63,173 bases of DNA, filler included, from Octopus bimaculoides (GCF_001194135.2; 5 parts of 5 records of this genome joined end to end with filler, not necessarily neighbours in it); one strand, 5' to 3'; positions 13,660 to 26,559 are shown, counted from the whole stretch's first letter. Notes: generated by a model from the sequence alone, not told the origin. Made by a program: numbers and translations.

Positions 13660-14000
13660 CTGCTTCATGGAGAATTCCTGCTATGTCCATGGAAACTTCA
13701 TATTCAGCTCATAAAGTCCTCATGGTGTATCCTTGTAGTGTTTCCATGAGAACCCCAAGGTATTCCTATGAAAGCTTCATAGTGTATGTTTGAATGGCCC
13801 ATGATTAGTCTATGAGAAGCCTAGAGTACATGAATGAAAATCCCATGGTGTACCACTGAAAGCCCTATGGCATGTTATTGAAAGCTCCATGATGTGTCTA
13901 TGAAAGCCCCATGGTGTGTTTATAAAAGCCACATGATATATCTATCATAATGTGTCATTGAAAGTCCCATGACATGTCATTGAAAGTTTCATAATGTGTC
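13660..14000. repeat. Degenerate ~22-bp minisatellite (GAAAGCCCCATGGTGTGTCTAT-like)
   Basis: Recurring AAAG..CCATG..GT units at roughly 22-bp spacing. Confidence 0.7.
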
Positions 14001-14110
14001 TCCTTGGTTTAAAGAAAGGAAATCAGAAAAAGAAAGAAAATCAGAAAGGAAGTCACAAAAATACAATTTGTTAATATGGTGGAAACAGAACAGTTGTAGG
14101 ATGATAATGA

Positions 14111-14312
14111 TTTCAAATTTTGGCACAAGGCCAGCAGGTTTGGGAGAGGAATAAGTCAATTACATTGGCCCCAATGCTCAACTGGTACTTATTTTATTGA
14201 CCTTGAAATTACAATAGGCGAAGTCGACCTCTGCAGAATTTGAACTCAGAACATAAAAATGAACGAAACATTTTACCTGGTATGCTAACAATTCTACCAG
14301 CACACTACCTTG
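14111..14312 (-). mobile_element. SINE, same family as 5213-5410
   Basis: Reverse-complement homology (TTTCAAATTTTGGCACAAGGCCAGC..ACTGGTACTTATTTTATTGACC). Confidence 0.75.
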
Positions 14313-15068
14313 TATGATGATATTAAAAATAAGTTTTAGGTGATAATAGAAAGATTTAATTAATCTAAATTCAGTGAAAATTAATTTATAACTTTGTCAC
14401 ACTTAAATACATGTTGAGCATGCAGTAGATCCAACTGAAATATCACAGTTTTAATCTCACCTGGAATATCTATCAATAACATTTATGTAATGAGAAGCTG
14501 TCAAACAACAGGAAGTTGTTGCCTATACACAGAAATGATGTGTTGCTAATACAATAGTTCATACAGTTATATACTGCACTGTCTCTGCTCCTATGGTGGA
14601 AATGTTGACCCTAGCTACATGTCAGCTGGCTATTAAAAGTATTGGCAAAGCAATTATTTTATCAAAAGTCCAGTTCTATTAGTTAACTCAACTACTTCCT
14701 CTCCTCTTTGTCATCTCACATCATTCTTTATCACCCCCCACACTTAACATCATTCCCAATAAAGTCAGAACCACTATCTTAGCATAGAGAGTCAATGCAT
14801 CTTATATCTCTTTCTATCATTCCATTACATATAGATATTCAAATATGATATAAACATACGACATAGTTATAATTGTGAAGTCAATCAGTAGCACTGCATC
14901 TACTGTTTTAAGTGATAGATGGGTGATAAAATAAACTACAGGCTTTCCAGGGATATATGCATATGTGTATATATGTATACATAAATATATAAATTTCTCT
15001 CACTCTCACTCTCTGCCTGCCTGTCTGTCTGTCTGTCTGTCTGTCTGTCTCCCTCCCTCTCACTCTCA

Positions 15069-15148
<80 letters not shown>

Positions 15149-15254
15149 CTATATATATATATATATATGCTGGTTGTCTACTCCTTATGCAGAGTTTGAC
15201 CACCTCTTGTACCTACACCTTAGATCCATCATGGCATCTGATGTGGGTTTTTTA

Positions 15255-15830
15255 ATCAAACAATGTTTTGAAAAAACACCCACATAAATTGCATATCCAA
15301 TTTGGACCACCAAGAAATGCAGTTAGGTTCTGATCTTTGTGAATCTTAAAATGTCTTTCGAGGCCTCTGTTAGATTTGCAGACCTTATGGCATAAACAAC
15401 ATTGACAGGTATGCACAGATAGACATGCAGAGTAAGTCAGTGGAGGTTCATTTTCCATGCATCTACAAATGAGATTTGAGCCTAGCAAAAGAAGGGCATG
15501 GTCTGTCACAAATTATGCACACAAAAGATGGTTGAGATTCATCTGCTTGTTGATTGTGTACTTTTTATTTAAATTTCTTTTGAGTTTTGCATGATCACCC
15601 TGATTTCTTCAAAAGCTTTCACTTCACTCCACACTTTTGTTTGCATAACAACTCAATCTGAAGCAAGGGTTTCATTGGCCTTTGGATCCATTCCCAATGA
15701 CTTCCTGTTAGTCCTTATACAGTCCTTAAACCTCTTTTTAAGTTTACACTAATTACATTTCCCTTCTGCAAGTTCACCATAAAACAATTGTTGGGGTGTG
15801 CATTCATCTATCATTCCAGCATACATACAC
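15255..15830 (-). mobile_element. RTE/BovB-like LINE 3' end with C2H2-type zinc fingers
   Basis: MIDECTPQQLFYGELAEGK..KKRFKDCI..ETLASD followed by CCLCHKVCKSNRGLERHFKIH. Confidence 0.8.
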
Positions 15831-16000
15831 ATATGTGGTTTTGTGGGATGAAGCAAAGCAGGCCTTGCCATCCATTCAAGAAAGTAAATAGTAAATAATC
15901 CACAAGCACTCAAGCAGTGTCCTCAACTTGTTCCATTTGCCAAAAGGTTTGCAAGGTACCAGCAGTCCTCAAGAGACACATTCGTGTCCATAGAACATGA
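15829..16000 (+). mobile_element. Oppositely oriented RTE-type zinc-finger tail fragment
   Basis: ICGFVG*SKAGLAIHSRK and TCSICQKVCKVPAVLKRHIRVHRT*. Confidence 0.6.
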
Positions 16001-16124
16001 TTACTGCTTTATTTTACTGAACCCTCATTTGTCGTTCATGAGGAGAGAATCCATCATATACACACACACATATACGCACTCATGCACACACATGCACATA
16101 TATATATAAATATATAAATATATA

Positions 16125-16467
16125 TCATGGCACTCCATTGGTTATGATGACAAGGGTTTCAGTTGATCTGATCAACAAAACAGCCTGCTCGTGAAATTAA
16201 TGAGCACTCCAGAGACATGTGTACCCTTAATGTAGTCCTCAGGGAGATGCAGTGTGAAACAGAGGGTGACAAGGCTGACCCTTTAAAATACAGGTACAAC
16301 AGAAATGGGAAGAACGAGGGAGAAAAAGTTGTGCTGAAAGAGTACAGCAGGGTTTGCCACCCACCCCCTGCCGAAGTCTCATGGAGCTTTAGGTGTTTTC
16401 GTTCAATAAACACTCACAACACCCGGTCTGGGGATTGAGAAAGTGATCTTACGACTGCAGGTCCACT
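16125..16467 (-). mobile_element. tRNA-derived SINE of a further family
   Basis: Minus strand reads ..CCCCAGACCGGGTGTTGTGAGTGTTTATTGAACGAAAACACCTAAAGCTCC..AATTTCACGAGCAGGCTG..GGAGTGCC. Recognised as a recurrent cephalopod-type SINE body; only one copy in the window. Confidence 0.6.
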
Positions 16468-16568
16468 NNNNNNNNNNNNNNNNNNNNNNNNNNNNNNNNN
16501 NNNNNNNNNNNTTAATTAATTAANNNNNNNNNNNNNNNNNNNNNNNNNNNNNNNNNNNNNNNNNNNNG

Positions 16569-17303
16569 ATAATTTCCAATATTTTCCCTTTAAATCCTCC
16601 TTCCACCGTCTCTGTGGTTTGGAGGACAGCCACCTCCTCCTCACTTCCAACGACGACGGCTGCCGCAACCCAAGTCACTTCCATATCGAGTGGAATTCCT
16701 TCTACCCTCACCCTAGAAGTCTTTCTTCCAAGGTACGAGGGTAGAAGTACTAGTTCCTCCGTTTTAACAGTTGTGCACGCCAGCCTCTTTGCCTCCTCCG
16801 CTGTCCTAAACTGGACAACCACCGTCCCATATCCATTTCCTTTTGCTATATATGTCACTTCCTTCGAAAGCCCCTTCAGAGCATTTTCTACTTTTTCCAT
16901 CTCCATTCGCTCCACCTTCCTACTCTCCACTGAGTATACCTTGTAGGTAATGGTCTTCTTTTCCATATTTACCATAACCCTTTTCGGGGGTAATAACTTT
17001 GCATCATCGCCCACATTCTGTGTCATCTTACACAGCTCCCTCAATCCGGTTAGGTTCACTTCCCTTTTCTACATCTGTGCAGCCTCAGCAAAACTCTTTA
17101 CTCTTTCCAAATGCTTTTCCATTCTATTTACTGCCTTAACTATCTCCTCCTCCGCTGAGGACAGCTCATACTCGCTAAAGTCCGAATACATTCCTTTCCG
17201 CCGGTACAACACTCACCGACAAACCGCTGCCAAGCAGCTCAAAAAGTTCCCTCCGTCTCGTCAAAAATTAACACGGCGAATAGACTGACGCATGCGCGGA
17301 ATA
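16569..17303 (-). mobile_element. 5' end of a LINE (L1/Tx1-like?): 5' UTR plus RRM-like ORF1 with one in-frame stop
   Basis: ATG at 17191: MYSDFSEYELSS..AAQM*KREVNLTG..GYGTVVVQFRTAEEAKRL..LPSYLGRKTSRVRVEGIPLDM. Purine-rich coding-like composition; runs into the gap. Clade assignment is inference because ORF2 is not visible. Confidence 0.6.
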
Positions 17304-17334
17304 AAGCTTCTTACCACACAGCCACTCCTGCGCC
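17304..17334 (-). mobile_element. Isolated 31-bp head of the CORE-like SINE
   Basis: GGCGCAGGAGTGGCTGTGTGGTAAGAAGCTT matches the heads at 9345 and 25942, then stops abruptly. Confidence 0.8.
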
Positions 17335-20099
17335 TATATATATATATATATATATATNNNNNNNNNNNNNNNNNNNNNNNNNNNNNNNNNNNNNNNNNNN
17401 NNNNNNNNNNNNNNNNNNNNNNNNNNNNNNNNNNNNNNNNNNNNNNNNNNNNNNNNNNNNNNNNNNNNNNNNNNNNNNNNNNNNNNNNNNNNNNNNNNNN
17501 NNNNNNNNNNNNNNNNNNNNNNNNNNNNNNNNNNNNNNNNNNNNNNNNNNNNNNNNNNNNNNNNNNNNNNNNNNNNNNNNNNNNNNNNNNNNNNNNNNNN
17601 NNNNNNNNNNNNNNNNNNNNNNNNNNNNNNNNNNNNNNNNNNNNNNNNNNNNNNNNNNNNNNNNNNNNNNNNNNNNNNNNNNNNNNNNNNNNNNNNNNNN
17701 NNNNNNNNNNNNNNNNNNNNNNNNNNNNNNNNNNNNNNNNNNNNNNNNNNNNNNNNNNNNNNNNNNNNNNNNNNNNNNNNNNNNNNNNNNNNNNNNNNNN
17801 NNNNNNNNNNNNNNNNNNNNNNNNNNNNNNNNNNNNNNNNNNNNNNNNNNNNNNNNNNNNNNNNNNNNNNNNNNNNNNNNNNNNNNNNNNNNNNNNNNNN
17901 NNNNNNNNNNNNNNNNNNNNNNNNNNNNNNNNNNNNNNNNNNNNNNNNNNNNNNNNNNNNNNNNNNNNNNNNNNNNNNNNNNNNNNNNNNNNNNNNNNNN
18001 NNNNNNNNNNNNNNNNNNNNNNNNNNNNNNNNNNNNNNNNNNNNNNNNNNNNNNNNNNNNNNNNNNNNNTATATATATATATATATATATATTTCGAATT
18101 ACTTTTATAAATTTCCTGATTAAACATGGTGGTATCAGATGGCCAAAGATAGGCAAAACGAACAATTAAATCCATGAAAGGAAATACTTCCAAATACTAT
18201 AATTTAGATGAACAGGAAATGATTTATTTGAACGATCATAAATAGAAAAGTATTTTTCCTTTATTAATAAATTAAATTATTTAAAAACACACCATACATC
18301 GCCGAAAATATTACACACGCTTATAAAACATGCTCATTGAGTTAGGCTTAGAATAATTAAATACATGCATTAACTTAAATATACGTATGTACAAATGTAA
18401 GTACACATATATACATATATACAACCATATACACTTACAGAATTATACATGCACATGCGCGCACCCCCCCGCCACATACACGCGCATATACGCACACAAA
18501 CAACCCACCACACACACATACACATAAAGGCGCACACACATACATATATATATGTATAGTATAAATCACAGTATGCGTGTGTATAATGACCAACGCTTAC
18601 ATTTTCACAATTCTCAACTGATCTTCTTCAAACTTTTCACACACATCACTTATGTCTCAAGGATGGTCATTTTGCCTAGCACTCCTGCGTAAATGGACGT
18701 AAATGGTCATAGTTTTTTAGTGTGTAGGGTCTTCCATACTTTTTTTAATCCTTTTATACAAGTGAAAGGATTTTGTCTATTTATTTTGACTGTCCACTTG
18801 AGCAGTGACCTTGTCAGGAAACAGGATTTGGAAGCTGTCATTTTGCTTTCATGTCAATAAATGTTTGTGTTGATTTAAAAGATTTATCCTGAAATCTTAT
18901 TTAGCTGTTATATTGTTTTTAGCACTACACGTGTTATGTGTCCGGTAATTTTCTTTCATGTAAATAAATATTTATGTCAATTTAAAAGATTTATCCAAAT
19001 TCGTTGCATGTAGAGGTGTCCATACGTTTTTAATCTATATGGTTGTATAGAGAATGGAGCCGTATAGAGGCAGTAGTGTTGGCATTAGAGAATATTTTTT
19101 TAATGGTTGTCACATTTTTTTGATTTATTATTTATCATTTGTTATTCATTTTATATGTTGTAACCCTGTATTATCACTTTCTATATCTTTTATATTTATG
19201 TTGGTGTGTATAGTTTGAGTTTTCGTTTGAGGATATTTTAAAAGTAAAAGGGCTTAGTCAATTTATTTCGACTGTTTTCCATACCTTTTTAATCTATATG
19301 GTTATATATTTGCATTACAGAATACTTCTTAGTTGCTTTCAAATTTGGTTTACTTATTATTTATTTATAAGTTGTAATTGTGCATTATTACTTTCTATAA
19401 TTTTTATATGTGTATCATTGTGTATTGTTTGAGTTTTGGTTAGAGAATATTATAAAAGTGAAAGGATTTTGTCTATTTATTTCGACTGTCCACCCGCGAC
19501 AGTGATTAAATTGACTAGCAACACTGTACGCGATGAATATCCAACACAACAATCTTAATCTCCTTATTTAAGCTGCATTAAACTTTGACAAACTTATCTT
19601 TACCTATTCTAAGTTACTTGAGAGGTGATCTTCCATTTCCTCTCTTCTATTTGTTAAAACCTTTGTTTATCTACCCATACATAGTTTCACTTTAACGATG
19701 CTTATTGTCCATTGTTCCAAATACGTTTTAGCATTGTCGTTCTAGCCTTTTTTAAACAATCAGATATGATTCGTCCCAAAGAATCAACATTTAAATAAGA
19801 GTTTTGCTTCTACTAGCGAAAGCTATACGTACCTTTCAGAAAGCTCCATGATAAGTTAACTTTATGCGGCATTCGGTGTTAGTTTATGCGCAGGCGATGT
19901 GTGAAGACAGAATAAAGGGGATTTTGTTAGCTTATAATAGAATCGATAATCATTTGGTACACTAAAACCCATTTTCCTTTTCCAGATAATACAAATATGC
20001 TACATAGAAAGAAAGCATACATTGGAGGAAGTCTTCTGTAGCAGTGAAGCAGTAGTGTTGGCAAGCTAAGGAAACTGAGAATTAGAGGCCCTGTCGACT

Positions 20100-21060
20100 G
20101 TTGAAAAAGGCTACCACTGCTAGAGCAGTGTGAAACCTCTCGAGTGCGTGCTGCTGACGCAGGCATCCCACAAAAGTGTGCTATCTCTCGGGCACGCAAC
20201 GCTGCATCCACTTCTGCCACGCGGGCCGAAAAAGCTCCAGCAGAGAGTGTTATCCGTCGAGCACGCAATGCTGTATCCATTTCTTCTGCAAGACTGGCAG
20301 ATGACGCTAACCATCGGATGATGAGACTTCAGTCTAATGTTCACCAGAAGCCTCTTGCCCATGGCTATTGGAAGCCATCGAGTAGTTGATGGGCATCAAA
20401 GGCGCCCGACTATGATCCTACCGAAGATTACGCGACTTATCGAGAGACTGTTACGGGGGAATATGTCTGTAATATGTCCATTTTGCAAGACCGTCAAGTG
20501 AATTGGAGAATCCAGTGGCCTATGCTGCTCAAACGAAAAGGTTCGCTTGCTTGACCTGCAAAATATTCCTCAGCCTTTGCTGTCTTTACTCCTTGGTCAA
20601 CACCCCCAATTCACAGCAATTTATACAGAACATTCGCGCTTATAACACTTCCTTTCAGATAACAAGTTTTGGTCACAAACCCGTTCATGAAGACTCCTAT
20701 ATGCCAACATTCAACATTCAGGGCCAAACCTATCATCGAATAGGCTCTATTTTCCCTGTCAACAACGCTGAACACCAATTCCTTCAAATTTACTTCATGG
20801 GAGGTACCACTGAGCAAATGGCTCGCCGAGCTCAGGTGACACCTGGAACAAAAGTGCCTCTTTTGAATGAACTTCAGGAAATGCTCCACACCACCAACCG
20901 ATGTGTGAGGTATTTCAAAACTGTTATACAACGTCGAAATACAGACGAGTCCAACTTCAAAGTTATCATAAGGATTGACCGAACGCCTCACGGGAGAGTA
21001 CCAAGGATGCTTTCACCCAAAATGACGAAATTGCAGTTCTGCTCTGCCATCCCGATGAAG
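20100..21060 (+). mobile_element. Helitron Rep/helicase N-terminal fragment (pseudogene)
   Basis: Repetitive N-terminus, then ICPFCK..GLCCSNEKV and NIRAYNTSFQITSFG..MPTFNIQGQTYHRIGSIFP..FLQIYF..LNELQEMLH. Confidence 0.85.
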
Positions 21061-21149
21061 CCACACCGTCGACTAAACGGCTACCTCCACCAATACATAA
21101 ACCTGTTTTTTCATGTCAACTCTTTAGAAGCTGTTTCGATACACTGACG

Positions 21150-21640
21150 TGGGACGACGCGGGATGGCGTGGGATGGTCCACAAGACTTTACATTCTCGT
21201 GGTGTGAACTGAGACACAATCTGACTTTGGTCTGAATAGCTAAAAACACGAATACAAGGCAATCATTCTCCAATTTGCATTGTACGTTACCGGTGGACAT
21301 GATCCTTTTCAATCCTTCATGATAGCTCATTAATGATTGTCGTTTTATGCAGAGGGACAAATCTGAGTAAACTCTCTGCTCACAATAAGATTCATGCTAG
21401 TTATTTAGAATACGTATATACGTGTATCTTGCTCATTTTTACCGTCATCACAACATTACAATTATCTGTCTGCCTTTTAACAGGACATCTTTTCTCTGCG
21501 AACTGCTAAGGATTCAAAGTAATATTCGTGAACTGAAGTTCAACTCTTCATGTCTTCATTTTTCATTACCTGACGTCAGTTTCAGAGTGATCGTATACTG
21601 TAAGCACGTAGCAAACGCATTCCTTTAACTCTTCAAGTAG
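21150..21640 (-). mobile_element. Possible highly decayed Tc1/mariner transposase remnant
   Basis: Weak similarity only: LMSYHEGLK.. and LSSHHENVKS (compare mariner ILLHDNARPH). Confidence 0.3.
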
Positions 21641-22290
21641 GTATTATATTGCCATTTTGAAGTACCAACCATACTTCTCTCTGAAAAATAGCTCCCTTTG
21701 CTGTTGAATAAAATAAACTTGCAGAGGGGAAGTTTCAACGTCTACCTTCAATTTCCTTACACGATTTGTGTGGCTGATTCTGACAAGAAATTTCGCTTTC
21801 ATGTATATTTTGTAGTCATTATACGCAACCTACTTCCCAAACACTTGGCCTCGCTTTGCAAACTTATATATTATATGGTTATTAAAGTGCAATGATCTCC
21901 ACAATAACCAGCCTTAAATTTGGTTTTCTGTTCCTAGGTTAATCGGGAACATAGATTGCCGTACTACTCATAAACCTTCTCGGTAGTTTAATTATTTAGT
22001 GAAAAAATATCACGAAAGCAACTTATGCCCACTAAGTACGTTTGCTAGTATATNNNNNNNNNNNNNNNNNNNNNNNNNNNNNNNNNNNNNNNNNNNNNNN
22101 NNNNNNNNNNNNNNNNNNNNNNNNNNNNNNNNNNNNNNNNNNNNNNNNNNNNNNNNNNNNNNNNNNNNNNNNNNNNNNNNNNNNNNNNNNNNNNNNNNNN
22201 NNNNNNNNNNNNNNNNNNNNNNNNNNNNNNNNNNNNNNNNNNNNNNNNNNNNNNNNNNNNNNNNNNNNNNNNNNNNNNNNNNNNNNNTAT

Positions 22291-22476
22291 ATATATAACG
22301 TTGACCACTAAAGTGGACATTTAATGTGCTAGAAATAGACCACATGTGTCTACTAAGACCTAAGTTGTTCTCAAAACGAAATTCGTTTTGAGAACAATTT
22401 AGGTCTTAGTAGACACATGTGGTCTATTTCTAGCACATTAAATGTCCACTTTAGTGGGTGGTCAACGTTATATATA
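22291..22476. mobile_element. Near-perfect palindromic foldback/MITE in (TA)n
   Basis: Arms of about 84 bp (22297-22380 and 22382-22469) around a 1-nt centre, with one mismatch and one 4-nt indel. TA flanks. Confidence 0.85.
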
Positions 22477-24066
22477 AAAATATTCATTAATCCCCTAAGA
22501 TCTCAGATATTTTTTCTGAATCTTTCTCTGATTCTTTAAATGTGCTAGCTTCCTGGTAATAAATCGATATTAACTAATATATGGTTTTTTTACCCTATGT
22601 TTTAATTTATATATATATATACATAACACCACAGGTGTGTTTATTGTTCTTCGTAACTCGTGTTTCATTGAAAAATATAGCGCTGAACTGCATAAGGTTG
22701 GTCTTACGCAATTTTTACATCATCACATTATGATAGGCAATATTGGAACTGAATGTTTCGTGGCTTGCACGTATATAATATTGATAACTAAACATGGTTA
22801 ACTTAAATAACTTGCATGTAACAAGACCTGTGCAATGATAGAAAACGATCAGTTTTAGTATATGGAGATTTTATTCACAACAGGAAGTTAACCGTAGACA
22901 TGTTAATAGTAGGGTATAGTGTAAATGTGTATGGGGAAACTGATGTACGATATGTATAGACACAGAGACATAGTGAAACTCACTGAGATTAACACTATTT
23001 TAAAACGTAAATGAATTGAGGCACATGTAAGGTTACCTCAGGAAATAAGGAGTACTTTTATATTGGTGCTAGCCCATGCTTTGTCAAACAAAGGATAACT
23101 AACAATTTAAATTATTTTAAATATAGAGACAAAATAAAAAGCACTAGCCTAAGTAAGCTAATTTGGTCAATCAAATATTGTAACAAAATCTGTTTGATTG
23201 GCTGGGATATTATTAGCAAAATTAAAACTTATAGAATAGTTGAAAAGAGATGCAACTTACGCGTAGAATAAATGTATCAAATTTTCACTTCAAAATTTAC
23301 TCAAATAAACATAAGACAGAAACGAGCACAGAGATGTCTTCACACAATAAGATATACATTTAAACAATTTAAATGGACGCGTCATACTATGTATAATAAT
23401 TGTTATAATAATTGAGAAGCCAAAACCCCCGCTTACCTAATAAATCCAACCTAATAAAATACGTCTACATTAATATTGTACCCTACACAACATGTGGAAC
23501 AATAAATTATTAATAAGAAATCTACATAAACATTTAATCCAACTATGACCTATTTTTAAGACCATGTTTCGCTTCACTTACAACGATAGTAGAGGGAAAC
23601 CTTAGGTCGATATCCCTACCACTGTTTATAATAACACCCCTATCTCCCGCTGAACACCAACAAATGGACACTTTATTTATTCATTTGGTGTACTTCAAAA
23701 CGGTCTAAAGTTAAGGACCCTGAAAAAACTTCAGCGACAATGATGCAAGGTTGCATAACCAACAATGTGCAGCCGCTGCAGTTGAAACATGTGTAGGTCC
23801 GGAGTGTATGCTGTAAATTGCTGTTAAGTAAAATTCGTGAATGAGAAAATCTCTATTCTCCTTATCTATATTAATGTTATTAATTACTCAAAGAAATATA
23901 GGCAGTCCTAAACAAGACACATGGAATTACCTACCGACAGAAGTCACCAGTTCCTAACAACTTATTGTTAGCTCGAGTACAACATGCGTACTGTCATGGT
24001 TAGCCGGCATCTGAAACCGATTTGAGAGAAAATACGGTACGCGTCGGGATGATAAATCATTTCTGA

Positions 24067-24100
<34 letters not shown>

Positions 24101-24133
24101 TGTATACATACGTATATGTACACACATCTATAC

Positions 24134-24170
<37 letters not shown>

Positions 24171-24175
24171 TATGT

Positions 24176-24211
<36 letters not shown>

Positions 24212-24367
24212 ATGCATATGTGGGCACAGGACGTCACGAAACGTACAACAAAATATACGAAATACGAGTACATGGAATGTGAACTATATCTTCGAACATT
24301 GAAAGGCACAAAATAAGACAAACAATATAAAGAATGACTCTTAATCAGATGTTGATTGTTTTTCTAC

Positions 24368-24436
24368 TCTTGTATTTCGAGCAATATATGTCTTGTATTT
24401 CGAGCAATATATGTCTTGTATTTCGAGCAATATATG
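24368..24436. repeat. 23-bp tandem repeat TCTTGTATTTCGAGCAATATATG x3
   Basis: Three exact units. Confidence 0.95.
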
Positions 24437-25941
24437 TCATCTGCTTCGATTTATAGAAACAATAATTCTCCTGTAAATAACTGGGTCAGGCAAATACATA
24501 TTTGATATAATTGTAAATTTATCTGGTTTCACATTTACCCATAATTTCTCTTGAATGCTAAAGAGATTGGTATGAACTTTACCCTTACAATCATTCTGAA
24601 ATTAATGTTACTAACTATGACCGACACTCCTTACTATTTTGAAGAATGTTTTAGTTAAACGCAAAGCCGTTTAGATATCGAGTATTGTGATAAGCTCATT
24701 TGATTGGAATGAGGTTTTTGAACCAGTTGCAATCAGTATTGTAGACTTCAAAGTAAATTTAATTTTAAAGATTTTGGCATTGATGGAAATGATGGCTTGT
24801 TAATTTCCAGCTATATAAAGGCCATCAGTTTGATAGCGGTCATTGGTTGAATTCGGAAGACCATATACATGAAAAATGTAAAGCGTTCTGTTTGTGTAAT
24901 TTTGGCAATTTTTATATATTAATGTCTTATATGAAGTTGATAAATATTGCAACGAATTCATTTCGAAGAGCAGTCATGAAAATAATTTCATTTTTTTAAT
25001 ATTATTTTAAATTCTTATTTTCTATCCCTTTCTATTTAGTATTTCTATATAAATTTACGAGTAACTATTTCTCACTACCCACTAGGCTTTCAGACATTGG
25101 TATCCTTTTCTTTGTCACATTTTTGTTTTTTGTTTTTTTTTTGCCCACAACGCGCTATATTCTTATAGCTTTATATATTCCTATGCATTTACGTTGCGCT
25201 TAGTGAGATGTCATACAGTTTTATATTCTTATTAATTTTTTTTTATCTCAAACATGTTTTATCTATTGTATTGCTGTATCTTACGCACTGAACGTTCGAA
25301 AATTCACTAGCGCCAATTTTTTCTTTTTATTCCTTTTCTTCTACTACAACAGCAACACTACCACTACTACGCCATATTTTTACTTCTACATCTTTTTATA
25401 TTTGCCTTCCGCTACTGTTTCAATGTCTGCTCTTTATAGTTATCATTGTTCTGCCTTTTCGTTTCCTTTTCGGTTTCGTAATCGTTTTGCATTCTTTCCT
25501 TCCTGTTTTAAATGTTCGTTTGTATTTTACAACTTAACCCACTCCGTGACACTATAATTTTCTTGTCTACATCCATATTTATATATTTGCCTCACAGTAT
25601 TCTTGATTTAATCTTATTGATTTATTTCTATTAGGTATATCTAGATATATTCTTTATTTTCCTGTTTACATTTACAGCTGTCAATTGTCAAATTTAAGCA
25701 ATTCTAAATGCTACGTCTTACGTTGTATACTTTTAAAGAATAAAACCTCATTTTATAAGCCATGTTTACGCCAATTATATAACATTTATGCAAGATGGAC
25801 GTTAGATTAAAATCTGAGTGGAAAAAAGTGAAACTTTGCGTAAGGACAGTGCAAAAAAAGATTTACGTTGTTAATACTTACACATGTGGATTTATACACA
25901 TACTGTATGTGCATGCTTGTATACATACATATATATCTATA

Positions 25942-26455
25942 CAGGAGTGGCTGTGTGGTAAGTAGCTTGGTTACCAACCACATGGTTCCTGGTTCAGTTC
26001 CACTGCGTGGCAACTTGGGCAAGTGTCTTCTACTATAGCCTCGGGTCGACCAAAGTCTTGTGATTGGATTTGGTAGGCAGAAACTCTAAGACGCCAGTCG
26101 TATATATATATATATATATATATATATNNNNNNNNNNNNNNNNNNNNNNNNNNNNNNNNNNNNNNNNNNNNNNNNNNNNNNNNNNNNNNNNNNNNNNNNN
26201 NNNNNNNNNNNNNNNNNNNNNNNNNNNNNNNNNNNNNNNNNNNNNNNNNNNNNNNNNNNNNNNNNNNNNNNNNNNNNNNNNNNNNNNNNNNNNNNNNNNN
26301 NNNNNNNNNNNNNNNNNNNCTTAGTGGTTAGGCAAAAGTGACCAATAGAATAGGTACTAGGTTCACAAAGAATAAGACCTGGGGTCAATTTGCTCGACTA
26401 AAGATGGTGCTCCAGCATGGCTGCAGTCAAATGGCTGAAACAAATAAAAGAATAT
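25942..26455 (+). mobile_element. CORE-like tRNA SINE spanning a gap
   Basis: Head CAGGAGTGGCTGTGTGGTAAGTAGCTT..GGTTCAGTTCC; tail ..GGCTGAAACAAATAAAAGAA. Confidence 0.8.
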
Positions 26456-26462
26456 ATATATA

Positions 26463-26523
<61 letters not shown>

Positions 26524-26559
26524 ATATATATATATGTATCCACGAACCCACACACATTC

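Noticed and set aside
16512-16523. TTAATTAATTAA islands inside N runs (also 32967, 53584, 59683)
   Set aside because: An identical palindromic 12-mer with stops in all six frames, centred in gaps. This is a scaffolding spacer, not biology.
24368-24436. Short direct repeats as a CRISPR array (also 8289-8366 and 13660-14000)
   Set aside because: No unique spacers, no cas genes, eukaryotic context.
24368-24460. Hammerhead-like look on the minus strand (CAGATGA..GCTCGAAA, triplicated)
   Set aside because: The core is CAGAUGA rather than CUGANGA, and stem III and the cleavage triplet do not pair properly.
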